From NCBI GenBank assembly GCA_000388065.2, contig KB932204.1: DNA of 64,000 nucleotides, one strand, 5' to 3'. The notes under the pieces were generated by a model. The model made no database searches. It was not told the origin of the DNA and was given only the letters and a program-made list of their open reading frames with translations. Made by a program: the position numbers and the translations under genes. Numbering within the stretch: position 1 is the stretch's first letter; every line of letters starts with the position of its first letter. Shown in pieces: positions 24,233 to 36,651 of the stretch. The DNA comes from Fonticula alba ATCC 38817 (lineage: Eukaryota; Protista; Nucleariida).

Positions 24233-27200
24233 GGCATGGGCCAGGTCCCCGAACCAGGGCATCCGGATGATCATCGACGGGCGGGAGACGTCCTCGATGG
24301 TGAGGGTGTCCCAGGTGAGGTCCGCTCCGAGGCCCAGGTGGGAGGGATCCGGGGACATGCTGCTGGCAGTAGTGATGCTCCGGCGGGGCGACCGGCCGAT
24401 GGAAAGGCCTCCCGTGAAGAGGCCCGGCGAGTCGGGGGAAGGGGCATGTGCCGGTCCCGGCGGACTGGCGCTCTGGTCCGGCATGTGGCCCGGGTCCTCG
24501 GGCGACGGCTCGGCGAGGCTGTGGATGAATGGGGGATCGAAGTTGGGCCCGCGGCAGTAGCGGCGCATGGAGTCCATGGCCTCATTCAGGGGAATGGCTC
24601 GCGGCTCGGCTGGGCGGGCATTGGGAAGCAGCTGCCCCGCGGACACGGTCCAATCTTGGCGTTGGCCATCCTCCAGCCGGGTGTGAGCCAGGTGCAGGGA
24701 ATACCCGGCAGCCATGACGAGCCCGCGATCGCCGGCCGACGAGTGGACAACCCGCAGACGCGACACCTGAAGGGGCTCCATGGCGGCCCAGGCCGGGTGA
24801 AGGGTCACACGTCGGGCAATGGTCCAGACGTCCCCCGGGCGGGGGGTGTCACACTGGCGCCCGGCCACCAGCGGGGCATCCGGCCGGTCGCACTGGCCGG
24901 CACACCGGCCGTCCTCCGTCAGCACCAGCCCCGGCTGGCAGTCGATGCATTGGGCCCCCTGGCAAAGGCGACACCCGGGGTCCGGGCAGCCGGGGCAGGA
25001 TGACTGCTGGATGGATGGGGCTGGGGCTTCCTGGCCCGGCGAGGGGGCCCGGGAAGAGGAGGCCCCGGGGGTGTCGGCCTTGGCGGGCCGGGCACGGGTG
25101 GCACTTGCATTCGCGGGGGAAGAGACACCGGATGCCGGGTCACAGGGCGAGCAGAGGTCCGCCGACGAGTGTCCCGGGGTCGAGACGCCCGGGATGCACT
25201 CGCACAGGTCCTCCACCAGCAGGCCGGTGGCCCGATGCAGGCACCCGGGCGCGGGGACTTCGGCGCCCGAGGCGTCCTCCGAGCAGGGGGGCCCCGGATG
25301 CCAGTCGTCGTGTGGTGTGCACCGGCCCAGGAGGCCGCAGCCGCAGCCATTCTCCGCGTCGCTCTGGTGGAAGAGGGCCCCGATGAAGTTGCTCCGGCCG
25401 ATGAGGGCCACCTGCGAGCGGAGGGTCTGGTGAATGTCCAGCACGGCCAGCACCACCGGCTGGCCGATCCACGGGGCGAAGGACACCCGCGGGACCAGGG
25501 GCTGGTGTTGGACATGGACCGCATGGGTGGCTGCAGGCTCGGCGCCCTGGTCGAAGAGCAGATCCAGCCGGTGCAGCCAGTTGCCGGTCCAAAGGAAGAT
25601 CCGCGCCTGGCCCGGGCCCATGGCCAGGGGATCGGACACGGCGGCCAGGTGCCCGGTGCCCGAGGGCCCCGGGTCTCGGCCCAGGTCCAGTAGGGTGAGC
25701 AGGGGCACCGGGGCCGGGAAGTCCGGCCGAGCGGTGGACCCGATGGCCACATTGCGCAGGAGGAAGAGCACGGCCCCGGTGTGCGAGTCCGGGCTATAGG
25801 GAACAAGCAGGAAGCCCGGGCGCCGATCGGCCGGGCCGGCCATCACCGGGATAAGCTGGCCACAGGGCAGGTCCGGGTGGAGGACCTCCGCCGGGAGGGC
25901 CGGCAAGCTCTCCCGGTCATAGGCCTGGAAGGGGAACCAGAGGAGCTGGCACCGGGCCGCCGGGTCGAAGGGACTGCCAGTGCCACTTCGCTCGGGCGGC
26001 AAATGGCTCAACACCACCATGGTTTCAATGCCAAAGTCATTGTCCACGGCGGCCCAATGGACCGAGACAAGGGTGTCGTTGGTGACTTGGCGGTGGAGGA
26101 AGGCGGGCCCACGGTACACGTGCACGAGGGCCTGGGGCCCCGGGTCGCCGGCCACACGGCCGACAGTGATGTGATCGTGGTTGAGCGCCGACCCTTCTTG
26201 GATGCGGTGGCAGCCGCTGGCCCGGTCGGGCTCTGTGCAATGCTTCAGCAGGCTGCCCTCCACGAAGTAGGGGATCTTCCGGTTGTACTTGGCCAGCGGC
26301 CGCGAGGAGCGACCCCTGGCGGGGGTCTCCGCGATTTGGAAGCCACCATGCAGGGAGCTGCGCCGGAAGGACACCTCGCTGACATGGAGCAGGCCCTGGA
26401 AGAGGGACAGCCCCTCGGAGGTGGGCATGAGGGAAAACCGCTGACGGATGCGGATATGTCCCTCGAGGAGATATTGCTGTGTGTAGGTGGGGCTGTCGGT
26501 CCAGACGGGCAGAACCGTGTCAAAGACCTTGGTGGAGCTGGCGAAGCCCCCGGCCGGGGTGGCCTCGTAGAAGGCCTGAGTGCCGGGGGGCACGCGGGTG
26601 ACCAGCACCGCGGGCGTGACCGGCGAGGCACAAGCCCCGCCCTGCAGCAGCATGGCCCCATGGCAGGACCGGCACTCGTTGGGCCCGGGTCCGATGCAGG
26701 AGGCACACGAAGTGTGGCACGGTTGGCACAGTCCTCCTGTGCGCCAGGAGGCAGGGCGTTGTACGGAGGCAGGGGGGGGGGGGGCATTCAGTGCGATTGT
26801 CAGTGCGCGTGCGATGGCATTTGAAGTCCATTGAATCATTGCACACCGGGCGCATCGTCAATCGGGCAGCCCGGGGCGCGGAGGGATCATTGCCCGAGGG
26901 CAGGAGCGACGAAGGTCGGTCAGGGGGCAGGTCAAGGACACACGGCGTGCGTGTGAATGGGAGGGGACAGGAAGAGGGACCCGGGGCCGGCAGCCCGGGC
27001 GGGGGAGGGACTTTCCAGGCGCACCGGTCGAGGGGAAGTGGCCGGCGCGGCAAAACTCGCATGGGGCAAAATCGGTCCCGGGATCGGCGTTGGGGCTCAG
27101 GCAATGGCACGTCGGCGGGTGGAAGAAGCCTCCGGATGCGGGGCGGCATTCGGCGTGAGGCCCACAAAGGCAGGAGGGCGAGGCGTGCACCTGCGACAGG

Positions 27201-28552
27201 AGCAACACCTGGCCCGCCATGGATCCATGGGCCAGGGCCAGGTCCAGGTGACCATCCCCGTCGAAGTCCCCGGTGGCCACCGACCACCAGACGCTGCTGG
27301 CTGAAGGGAAGTCCGGCAGGAGGCTGGAGGCGGCGACAGCCGACAGGTCCAGCGGGGGGGAGGCCGGGCCGCCGGTCGGCTGCACGGGGCCCGGGATCAG
27401 CCACACGCGGCTTCCGTGGGCCACAATGAGGCTGGCGTGTGCGGGAGAGCCAGGAGCCGGGGCAAGCCCCGGGGCCGGGGCGATCTTGGGCTGGCGCGCA
27501 GTCAGGGGGACTTGCGCCAGGGCCGGATCCTCGGCGGCCATGTCGCCGAGGGACAAGTGCACCGGGGCGGCGAAGTCCGAGGAAAGGAGGAACACCACCT
27601 GCTCGGGGATGGAGGACCCCGGGCCGGAGGCCACGGCCAGGTCCGAGGCGTGGCCATCGCCGTCGAAGTCGCCGACGGCAATTTGCCCGGCCCGGAAGCC
27701 GGCCGGCAGCCGGTACAGCAGCGTCAGGTCGGCCAGCGGGTGGGCCCCCCGGGGTTGGGCCACATTGGACAGCCAATAGATGGATTGGCCGGCGCCCGGG
27801 AGCAGGGGGTCGGTGGCGGCCACCACCACGGCATCGACCAAGCCATCGTCATCCAGGTCGGTGGCCGTCAGCAAGGTCAGGCCCACCAGGCCGAAGGAAT
27901 CCCGAGGGGGCGAGCCGTAGCGCGAGTCGACCTGGTCCAGCTGGACCGAGCCCTGGTGGAGGGACAAAATGAGCGTCCCGATGCGCGGAGGGGAACGCCG
28001 GTCGAAGATTGCCACATGGCCATGCCCGGTGAGGGTGAGCGAATCCGATCTGTCGGCATTCATGAGGATGGCATGGGTGCCGAGGATGACCAGCGAGTCG
28101 AAGGAGTTCGACGGACTGTACAGCATATTTCGGTTCATCCAAAGGTCGGTGGGTCCTCCCAGGGCGAAGGGGTAGTCGGTGAAGCAGGCCACCGGGCCGA
28201 GTGCGCCGGCCATGAAGCGCACCGGGCGCGAGCCGATGAAGTCGCCCCGGCGCTTGGCCTCCGGGCTGGTGCGCACGGAAAAGTGCGTCTGTACGTAGGC
28301 AACATCATCGAAGCCATCCGGGCCGCCGACGGCCAGTCGGCCCTGGTGGAAGAAGTCGCAGAAGCGAATGTCCTCGGCCTGTGTGGGGGATGCCTGGCTG
28401 CCGAGGAGCCATACCGTGTGGAAGGCGGGCACGGCGCCGGCCAACGGGGGCAGCATCAGCAGTGGCAGGGTGAGCAGCGCGAGGACCACCGGGAGGAGCA
28501 CCAGCCTCGGCGAGGGGCCCGGAGGGAGCCGGCCGGCCGGCGAGGGGGGCAT
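18860..28552 (-). CDS. Giant (~3000 aa) receptor-like TKL protein kinase: signal peptide, FG-GAP/VCBS-type repeat modules, EGF/furin-like linkers, >15 furin-like repeats, TM, kinase. Exons 28552..27025, 26736..20311, 20222..20068, 19977..19947, 19821..19645, 19547..19323, [gap], last exon ending 18860
   Basis: Signal peptide MPPSPAGRLPPGPSPRLVLLPVVLALLTLPLLMLPPLAGA. DxDxDG-type motifs DLDDDGLVD, GDFDGDGHASD, GDFDGDGHLDL, DLDGDNNAD, DVNQDD. Long CxxC array, then TM WLVLAIALPLGLLLLLLVALAALCLLW. Kinase GSGAQAVV, GAVK, alphaC QEIAIL and C-terminal AWSTNPDDRPTA. All six introns have GT-AG ends with phases that keep the frame. The catalytic core falls in an N-gap. Confidence 0.88.
19187..19282. other. 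Assembly gap (96 N) inside the kinase domain, flanked by poly-G tracts
   Basis: Run of n, with G41 at 19128-19168 and a G-run from 19283. Confidence 1.
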
Positions 28553-28987
28553 GGCGACCGAGCGGGTCGGAGCGACCAGTCGGCGGCCGCAGCGAAGGCA
28601 CGAGGGCAAGCAGCCGACAGGGCAAGGGGCCGGGCAAGAGGCGGGATCAGGGCAATGCCAGGGGGGCGGGGGGGAGGGGGGGAAGGTGGGGAGGTCTTTG
28701 GGCCACGTCTCGAGCGGCGCGGCGCCCGAAGCAGGGGGGGCCTCTTCAAGGGGCGCCGGGCGTCGCCCCCCTGCCCCAGGAAGGGGTGACTGCGTGAAAC
28801 ACTCGGCCGGGCCAAGACACAAGGGGTTGGGAACAGGTGTGGGGGAGCTCGGCCGCGTTGCAAGCCCCTGCGGCGAGAGAGGGGCCCTCGATGGGCCAAT
28901 ATACTTGGCGAATGCACGCAACCATGTGAGCATGCGTGCGATTGACGATGCCTTTCGTGTTATTGCTTGAGAATAAAAGGGCGAGCA

Positions 28988-28990
<3 letters not shown>

Positions 28991-29022
<32 letters not shown>
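28991..29022. repeat. (GA)16 microsatellite upstream of the giant receptor kinase
   Basis: Directly visible. Confidence 0.95.
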
Positions 29023-29028
<6 letters not shown>

Positions 29029-30222
29029 TTGTGGGTGTGCGTCCTGGTGTGTTGAGCCGTCGAGCCGGGCCCGACGCCTGGACTGCGGTCGGGGGTGGTT
29101 TCGCCGTGCATCGATGGACTGGGGCGAGGGAGCCGGGGAGGGGCCCGGGGTCAAGTGCAGTCGATCCTGGAAACTCATTCCCAAAGGGCGTCCTCGAGCC
29201 ACGGGGACCAGGGAACAACATAGTGATGCCTGGGGAGAGGGAGATTCTCCGAGCCGGTGCCTCAAGCAGCCCAGGATCGTCGGAAGCCGCCGCCGGGCGG
29301 ACCGGATCCGTAGTAGGGCCGTTTGCACTGCCCCAGCGACGGAGGGCCACCCCGGGCGCAGGGCCGCCCTATCCACAGACGAAAGGGGCGCTCGTCCAGG
29401 CCCGACTCATCGGACTGCAGCCGGGTGAGAGTGGACACCCGGGCCGGCGTGTCGAGACTGCTCCCGGGTCCCGGGCTGGCCCGCAACACGCTAGTACCAA
29501 CGGATTATGGTTACGAGCTGGCCGACGCACTAGGCCGGGGAGTAACAATACGCGCTCGGACGAGGGCCGTGTTGTTATGATTTTCGTACGGGGCTGCCCG
29601 ACTGCCTTGGATCGGGGGCACATACCACCAAGATGTGAAACGTGACCTGAGCGGCCCACAACGTGTGACACCTCGCCCCTTGGGGACTTGGGGGTATGAC
29701 CATTCATGTGATTGGGCAGTTGCCAATCCTCGCGTCTCCCGGTCCATGGAACAATGGTCTTGGCGATCCCCTGGCACGCCCCCTCCTCGGGGGATTTAAT
29801 ATTCCCTCCAACATGCAAATGGCTGCTCGGCAGCATGATGTCTGGTTTAGCATGCACAGGGTATATCATTCTGTTTCACATCCCTGCACCCGAAGGGAGG
29901 ATTATGGGCAGGTATTTCGTGCCTGGCTCCGGCACACGGCATGCCCTTGTTCTTGGAGGCCGGTTCGCTCGAGGCGGCCGAGCCGCCTCGGGCAGGGCCG
30001 GGCAGGCATCACATCACACCCCCCTTTGGAGAAACACATATGTGTCGGGGCAGGGGTGCACCGAGAGTCTGATTGACACGACGTCGGGCGGGCTGCTGGG
30101 GGCCCGTGTCTGGCGCGTCTGTGGGGATCGGGTGCCCGGACCAAAGGTCGAGCGCCATCTAGATGTATGGTTGTCCTGGCCATGGGGCGGCCGGCATGGG
30201 ATGTAAGCAGCGGCAGCGGCAT

Positions 30223-30288
<66 letters not shown>
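30223..30288. repeat. (CAG)22 trinucleotide microsatellite with degenerate flanks
   Basis: Directly visible pure CAG run, flanked by CAGCGG and CATCAG variants. Confidence 0.97.
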
Positions 30289-30294
<6 letters not shown>

Positions 30295-33200
30295 CATTAG
30301 CATCAGCATCAGCAGTATGGATGATGACCCGGCTTGTGCGATGTAAATGCCTTGCTAGCGCGATCTTTCTCTAGGAACTTACTTTGGGTGCCGTTCCGAC
30401 GAGTCAGCTCCATCGACCTGCCCCCCGGTGGGCTGACTGGACTTCGGGCCCTTCGTCTTGATGGCAGACGGCTACTTTGTCCGTGAGCCTTGAGGAGGAA
30501 AGGCCGAGCGCCAGGTGGTCGGATTTTGCGCGGTCGGCCGGCCCCAGCAAGAGGCAAATGCGGAGCCAGGTCATGCTTGTGGCCGATAGGCAAGTGCCTG
30601 GCCGTGGGTGGTCGAGTGATGCACGTCGCCGCGACAGGGCATTCGGATGGCGGCGCTGCATATTGATGCGCCACAAGGGGGCCGTGCCGGGGGCCCAAGG
30701 CAGCTGGCTCGGCCTCCTGTGGGCCTGTGCCCGGGGGCCGATGAACACCCGAGGAGAGCATGTCGGCATCGAAGCCGTCCCAGGAAGCGCCCGGACATGG
30801 CTCAATGAAAGGGGCCACGAGGAGGAGCCGAGCAAGGAGCCACGGGCGGCCAAGTGCAATCCGGCTCCTCGAAGCGGGGCCTTTTTTGGGTGGATGGTCC
30901 TTTTTGTGCCGGCTTTCCCGCTGGGCTCGATCGCCGCCGGAGATGTGCCGCTCGGAGGCGCGGTGGGGGGGGGGGCGCATTCTTTGGGAGGACCTGCCCG
31001 GTTTCCAGGGCCGGAGGATGTGGCACCGGGCGCGGCCCATGCCGCTGGTGCGCTTAGATTGATGATGAAGAAGGCGTGGGCCGGGACCATGGGCTGATCC
31101 CCCGTCAATGGGCTTGGCGGAGTGAGAGCCATTAGCCGAGGCAACACCGGCTCGTGAGGTCCTTGGCGGCAGGCATGTCCGCATACAGGCCGGTGGACTC
31201 GCCATCGAGGAGTCCCACCACAAGGAGGGCGTGGGGGAGGAGGCGCATAGAAGGGGCCGCCGTGGCGAATCTGGAGAATGCCTCGGCGAGGGCGGCCGAG
31301 CGTGTGGCTGGGGCTGCGGGTGGAATGCGCGCCACTCGGGAATGCCCGAGGGAAGATGTGCGTATGGATGGCAGGCCGTGCGTAGGGGTCCTGGTGCCAG
31401 GTATGATGCCAGGCAGCGGCCCGCAGATCAGGCAAAGAGGTGACCCCCTGCTTGAGGAGAAAAGGAGGCGAGCGGAGGCTAGCATGTGGGGCGCCCGGCG
31501 GGAAGCCGGGCCCAAAGGCAAAAGGCGTTCAACACCGGGGCCTTGAGGGCGGAACGCCGTTACCCCGGCTGCTCTTCGGGGGGAAAGGCTTTCGCGGCTC
31601 GAGTGAGGGGGCACAGGAGGGAAATTAGCCGGGGCCCCGCCGGCGCGGTCCTCCCCCGGGCCTAGGCCCTGGAGTCGATGTCGCCGGATGTCACCAAGCC
31701 TGCCATTCGGAGACGGAGGACCACCGGGCAGAGCCGGCCCCACGATCAGCCCCCCCGCCCAATGAGGCTCCTGCCCTTGTGTGCAGGCTCCGCCCCAGCG
31801 GCAGACGGTGGATGTCTGCCGCGCGGCCCGGAGGAGGTTCCCCTCGCTCATTCCCCCGGCTCGGGGTGGCTTTTGAGCGCGGAGAGGGAGTACTTGCCGG
31901 CGCCGTGCGCCCCGGCCGGGCACTTGGGAGCTGGACTGGACATTGTCCAGTCAGGAGGCAGATGGACCAGTGGTGGATGCATGGAAGTCGGGCTTCCGGC
32001 CGCGAGCCCTGGACGGTGGCAGGGCTCGATCCGAGCATGCGGCAACCTGAGCCGGAACACCCGCAAGGCCACCGCCGAGAGGTGGCCCCCTCCCAGCTGG
32101 AGCCCGGACGAGGGGAGCTGCGGGGCCTCGCGTCGCCGGACCGCCGCGCCTGCGCATCCTTTCCCAGGGCCGCGGGACTTCGGCAGGCCGGGAGCGAGAG
32201 AAGTTCGATTTTGGATTGTGAGTTAATATTTAAGTTTTGCAAGGGGCCTGGCGGCGTGCAACCACCAGGCCGTTTATTCCGGCGGGCTCCCCCCCCCCCC
32301 CTCCCCGGTGCTGTCCAGGACGCTGTGAGTGCGCCCTTGCGCGGTTGTCCGGTCTCTGCGCGTCGACATCGCTCTTCTGACACCAGTCGCGCGGGGGCGG
32401 GGGAGACGAGAGCGGTTGCCACATTATGCTGGTGTTATTCGCGGGTCCTGTCGGGCGAGGGATAACCTCATTCTTCGGAGAGGCTAAGGCATGGGCCCCG
32501 CGCCGACGGTGGGGTGCCCCTTGCTGGGGACCATTCCCGGGAGCGGGAGGAGATAAGTGCCCTACGGGGAGGCTCCTGTGCGGTGGGGGCTTGGCTGCGG
32601 GGGGGGGGGGGCCGGGGGGCTGAGGCTACTTTGATGCTGGGGGCGCACGGGGCGGGGCGTGTCACCGAGATGCTCGAGCGCGGAGGCCGGCGAAGGAGAT
32701 CATCCACCCGCCGGAGGGACTTGGATTGGCCGCGAGTGGCACGCAGGGATGGGACATACAGGAGTGGGGGGCGGCGGTCGCGACGGTGGATGACTGGTGA
32801 AGGTGGCCGCCGCCCCACCCCGGCCCGGCCTCCGGCCTCCCCCCCCCCCTTGCAGCCGGGGTCCCGGTGACGTCCTTCATCTCGCCCCACGCACCAGGCC
32901 GAGGGCATGGGTCCTGGCTGCTCCTTAAAAGGAGGCCCACTGGGGCGCGTGGAAAGGATGCCACTCGTGCATAGTTGACCGAGCTGATGCTTTTCATCTG
33001 GCCCTGTCAAGGAAGGCCCCTTCTCTTTTTTGGTCCCCCCCCCCCCCGCCCGCCGAAGACCTCTCTTCTTGTGCACTCCGCCCGCCGCTCCGTGGATAGC
33101 TGGCTTTGAGGTCCGTTTGTCTGCTTGTGCTGCGCCACCATTGTGCTCTTCCCTCCCGAGGTATGTGGATGTATCTCCCTGCTTGGCGCTCGTCTTTCCG

Positions 33201-33339
33201 CTTGGGGCCCGTGTGTCGGCAGACCAACTAACACCCTCGCCCCCCCGCCCCCTCGGGCATCTGGCGCTCTTTGGTCGCGGGGTGGATCCCCCCTGGGCCA
33301 TGGTTCGACAGCTCGAGGACGTTTCCCCCCCCCCTCCCC

Positions 33340-36300
33340 ATGTCCCATTCGGAGATCGACCCGCTTCCCGAAGAGGGCTGCCACGAGGGCTTCCTCGCCA
33401 CGGTGCCCCCAAATGACGGCAGCTGCAATGTGGCATGTGCCGGCTCGGCACCCATGCCCGAGGAGCAGCCCGACGCCCTGGTGGAAAAGATGGCCGCGCT
33501 GCAAGTGAAGCATGATGTCGATGGCTCCCAAGGCCCGTCGCCGGGGGAAAGCCACATGCCGGAGCCGGGGCCCTTGGTGCCGAGTTGTTCCAAGTGCAAC
33601 AGCACCGCGATCTCATGCCTGGCGCAATGTGGCGACTGCCGGGACTGGTTCTGCAACATCCAAGACTCCCGACAGACCCATCTGTACGGGCACTTCGTGG
33701 ACCATGGCGTGCGTTTGATGGGACTTGCTCGGGTTTTTTTCTGGATTTTATTGCCCCACATGCCCCAGCCCGGGCAGGCTGGGAAAGGGCCGCGCGTGTG
33801 TGGGGCGCGGCCGCAGTCGCTTTGTTTTCCCCCCCCCCCCCCCCCCCCCCCGCTCCGAGCGACTGATCTTTCCTCATGCTCGGCCCGTGGCGACCCGGCT
33901 GCCCGGATGGCTGACGGCAGCACAAGAGCCTGATTTTCCCCAAGAGCCATCATTCCGACGGCGGGATTGCCAAGTGCAGTATCTGCGGGAGGAGCGACAT
34001 TTTCGATCTCCGCTTCGACGAGAGAATCTCCAAGTACCACTTCTTTTGTTTTTCCAACTGCCTGGCGCTCTGGGATTGCATCATCCACGAGTTACGATGG
34101 GTGCCTTTGGTTGGGAATCGGTGCATTTCACCGGTGGTGCTGTCGACGTGCCCGTCCGAGGTACGCCCCCTGGTCACCCTTCCACCGGAAGGCCGGACGG
34201 CGGAGGATCTCCCAGCTGACTTGCCCCACCCGCTCGGCCGCCTGCCTGCCCGTCCACATGAAAAGGCGCCGGAGTTGCGCGACCCGGTGAAGGACCGGCG
34301 GCATACGGGCTCCCGGATGGAGTCCACGCAAAGGGCGACACTCATGGACTCGACCTCGGCCCGGATGGCGCAGGGCCGCGTGCCGGACATGTGCGTTTTT
34401 GTTTGCCGGCACAGGCGGCCGCCATTTGTGCCGGCCGACGGTGCTCGGCTCGCGCTTTCATGCCCCTCCCTTGCTCCTTGTGTCTGGAGGTCCCCTGGGG
34501 TCTGCTTTTTTTTTTCTTCGCCCCGCATAAGTGTCCCCCTTCCGGGATCATTTCGAGGCATGCCTGCGGCCGCTGGGGCTCCAGCCTCCCCCCCGGGCTT
34601 CGGCTCCTAATTGACGCCTTCCTTGCCATGTCGAAGCTTCCTCTCGCCGGGTCACTATCGGAGTGTCTTCGAGCCGCTCATCAAGATGGAAATGGAGAGC
34701 GCCAGCCAACTGTCCAACGCGCATGTCGAGCAAAATGTGGCAGGCTGTCTGGTGAATGATCGTCCCGGCCACATTGACCTGCCTCATGACAGTAGTATGT
34801 CCTCCTGGTGGTGTTGCTTGCCTGTAGCATGTGGGGCGTCCGGGGGGGGGGGGTCCGTACGAGCAAACTATGACGTCTCTAACCACCCTCGAGGGGCCAT
34901 CGCGCTTGCCGGGCAGTGCTGCGGGTGAAAGTGGGCAACTTCCTGGAGATTTCCCACCCGCCTAGTGGCAGAGAGGTCTACTACTTCCAGGTGATCAAAA
35001 TCGTCGACGGTGCGTACACCGGCATGGCGGCCTGCTCAGCTTGCCTGGCAGCGGGGGCTCATGCTTTTCCCGAGCCGGCCGCCCGAAGATCGAGGGAGAG
35101 GGAGTGAGGGAGCGAGGGAACAAGGGGGCGGGGGAGCGAGGGAGTGAGGGAGCGAGGGAGCGGCAGCGAGAGAGAGGCAGCGAGAGAGAGAGAGAGATAG
35201 AGATGGCCCTTTCGGCCGTCCGCCTCTCCTCCAACTGGCGGTGGGCATGGAGCTGGTCACTGTTCGGGCTTTTGTTTGATGGTCTGACCCTCTCTCCTTG
35301 GACGGGCTGAACCGGGTGGCAGATTACCCTGATGGCCAAACGGTTGTCATTGTACTGAAACATGGTTCCCTCCCCGGGGGCAGTCACAGTTGGTGGGAAG
35401 GTGACTTCGAGGTGAAGCTCAGTGACAATCCCATCCACTATCTGCGTATCGTCAGGGCACTGCAGCATTCCGCCAGGCTATACAAGCCGAGCTTCGGCCT
35501 CTTGGAGTACATCTTGGGCTACCCTGACGACGTGATCGAGCCGTGGCATGACTTCCAACCGCTCGAGATGCCGGACACTTTCCAAGCCCCGGGCATCAGC
35601 CCGCCCAATGCCTCGCAGCTGGCCGTCATGCAGAAGGTGGTCCAGCGGCCATTCAGCCTGATTCAAGGCCCCCCGGGCACCGGGAAGACCGCTACCATTG
35701 CCAATTTGGCTTACTTCTTCCACTCGCAAGGGCGGAGCGTTCACCTTTCGGCCCCTTCCAATGTGGCGGTGTCCAACATGTGCGGCCGGGTTCATGCTTC
35801 GGGTCTGGATGTGCTGTGGATGGAGAGCGACTCGCGAGAGTATGTCGCATCGCCCCACAAGCATCTGACCATAAAGGAGAAGGTGCGCCTGGGGCCAGAA
35901 CGGGCGTGGGGGCGTGGGGGGCGGGGGGGGGGGAGTGCCCGGTCGCCGGCGAGATGGTGGCCATTGGGCTGGTTGCCTTGCCTTGCTTCTTGCCGCCCGT
36001 GTACAGGGGGATTGCCCCTCCCGTGCAGCCGGTCCCCGAGATGGCCACTCACCAGCAGAGCATGCCGCTTTGCCGCTCAATCCCCCTTGGTCGCAGATGA
36101 AGAACCTGGATTTGACTCCTCGGATCTCCCTCGAGTCCGCGCGGAGCGGCTTGTATTCACTTGAGCACAAACGTAAAAGGCCTTCGGATCTTCGCCGGGC
36201 TCGCCGGGAGGAGATCCTGAAAGTGCGTTGTTTCGGGACCCACCTTTTTTCCCTCGAAAAAGAAGGCTGCAGGGGGAGGCCATACGGCCGGCGTAGGCAT

Positions 36301-36617
36301 CTCCGACCAGGCTCACCCTTGGCCCGAGCCCGGGTCGACGGTGTTTCGGCCAGCATGGGGTTTATTTTTTTTTGGGTGGCAATCTACGCCCCTGTCTCTG
36401 GGTCTCTCCTTGGCTGGCTGCCGCTCTCGCCCTCTTTCTCCCGCTGACGTTATGCGTGCATCTCGATCTGCCGGTGTTCGTGGCGGCCCTCCCCGGTCTG
36501 CGGGTGGCGGTGTCTTCGGGCCCTTCGGCATCAACACCGGGCGCCCGGTCATGGGGATGTGTGGGGGCTCTTCTGCCTGCGGGCATCTCCGCCCATGGTC
36601 CTCGCGACTGTGCCATC

Positions 36618-36651
<34 letters not shown>

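Noticed and set aside
19763-25003. Long plus-strand ORFs (712 aa, 1013 aa and others)
   Set aside because: Antisense shadows of the GC3-rich receptor kinase coding sequence.
28553-29350. N-terminal extension of ORF 26858-29350
   Set aside because: It runs through a (TC)n microsatellite and a Pro-rich leader. The signal peptide starts at ATG 28552.
29902-30309. Poly-Leu ORF
   Set aside because: It is a translation of the (CTG)n strand of the microsatellite, with no other coding evidence.
30321-30436. ATGATGA...CTGA pair resembling a C/D-box snoRNA
   Set aside because: No convincing terminal stem, C'/D' boxes or recognisable rRNA-antisense element.
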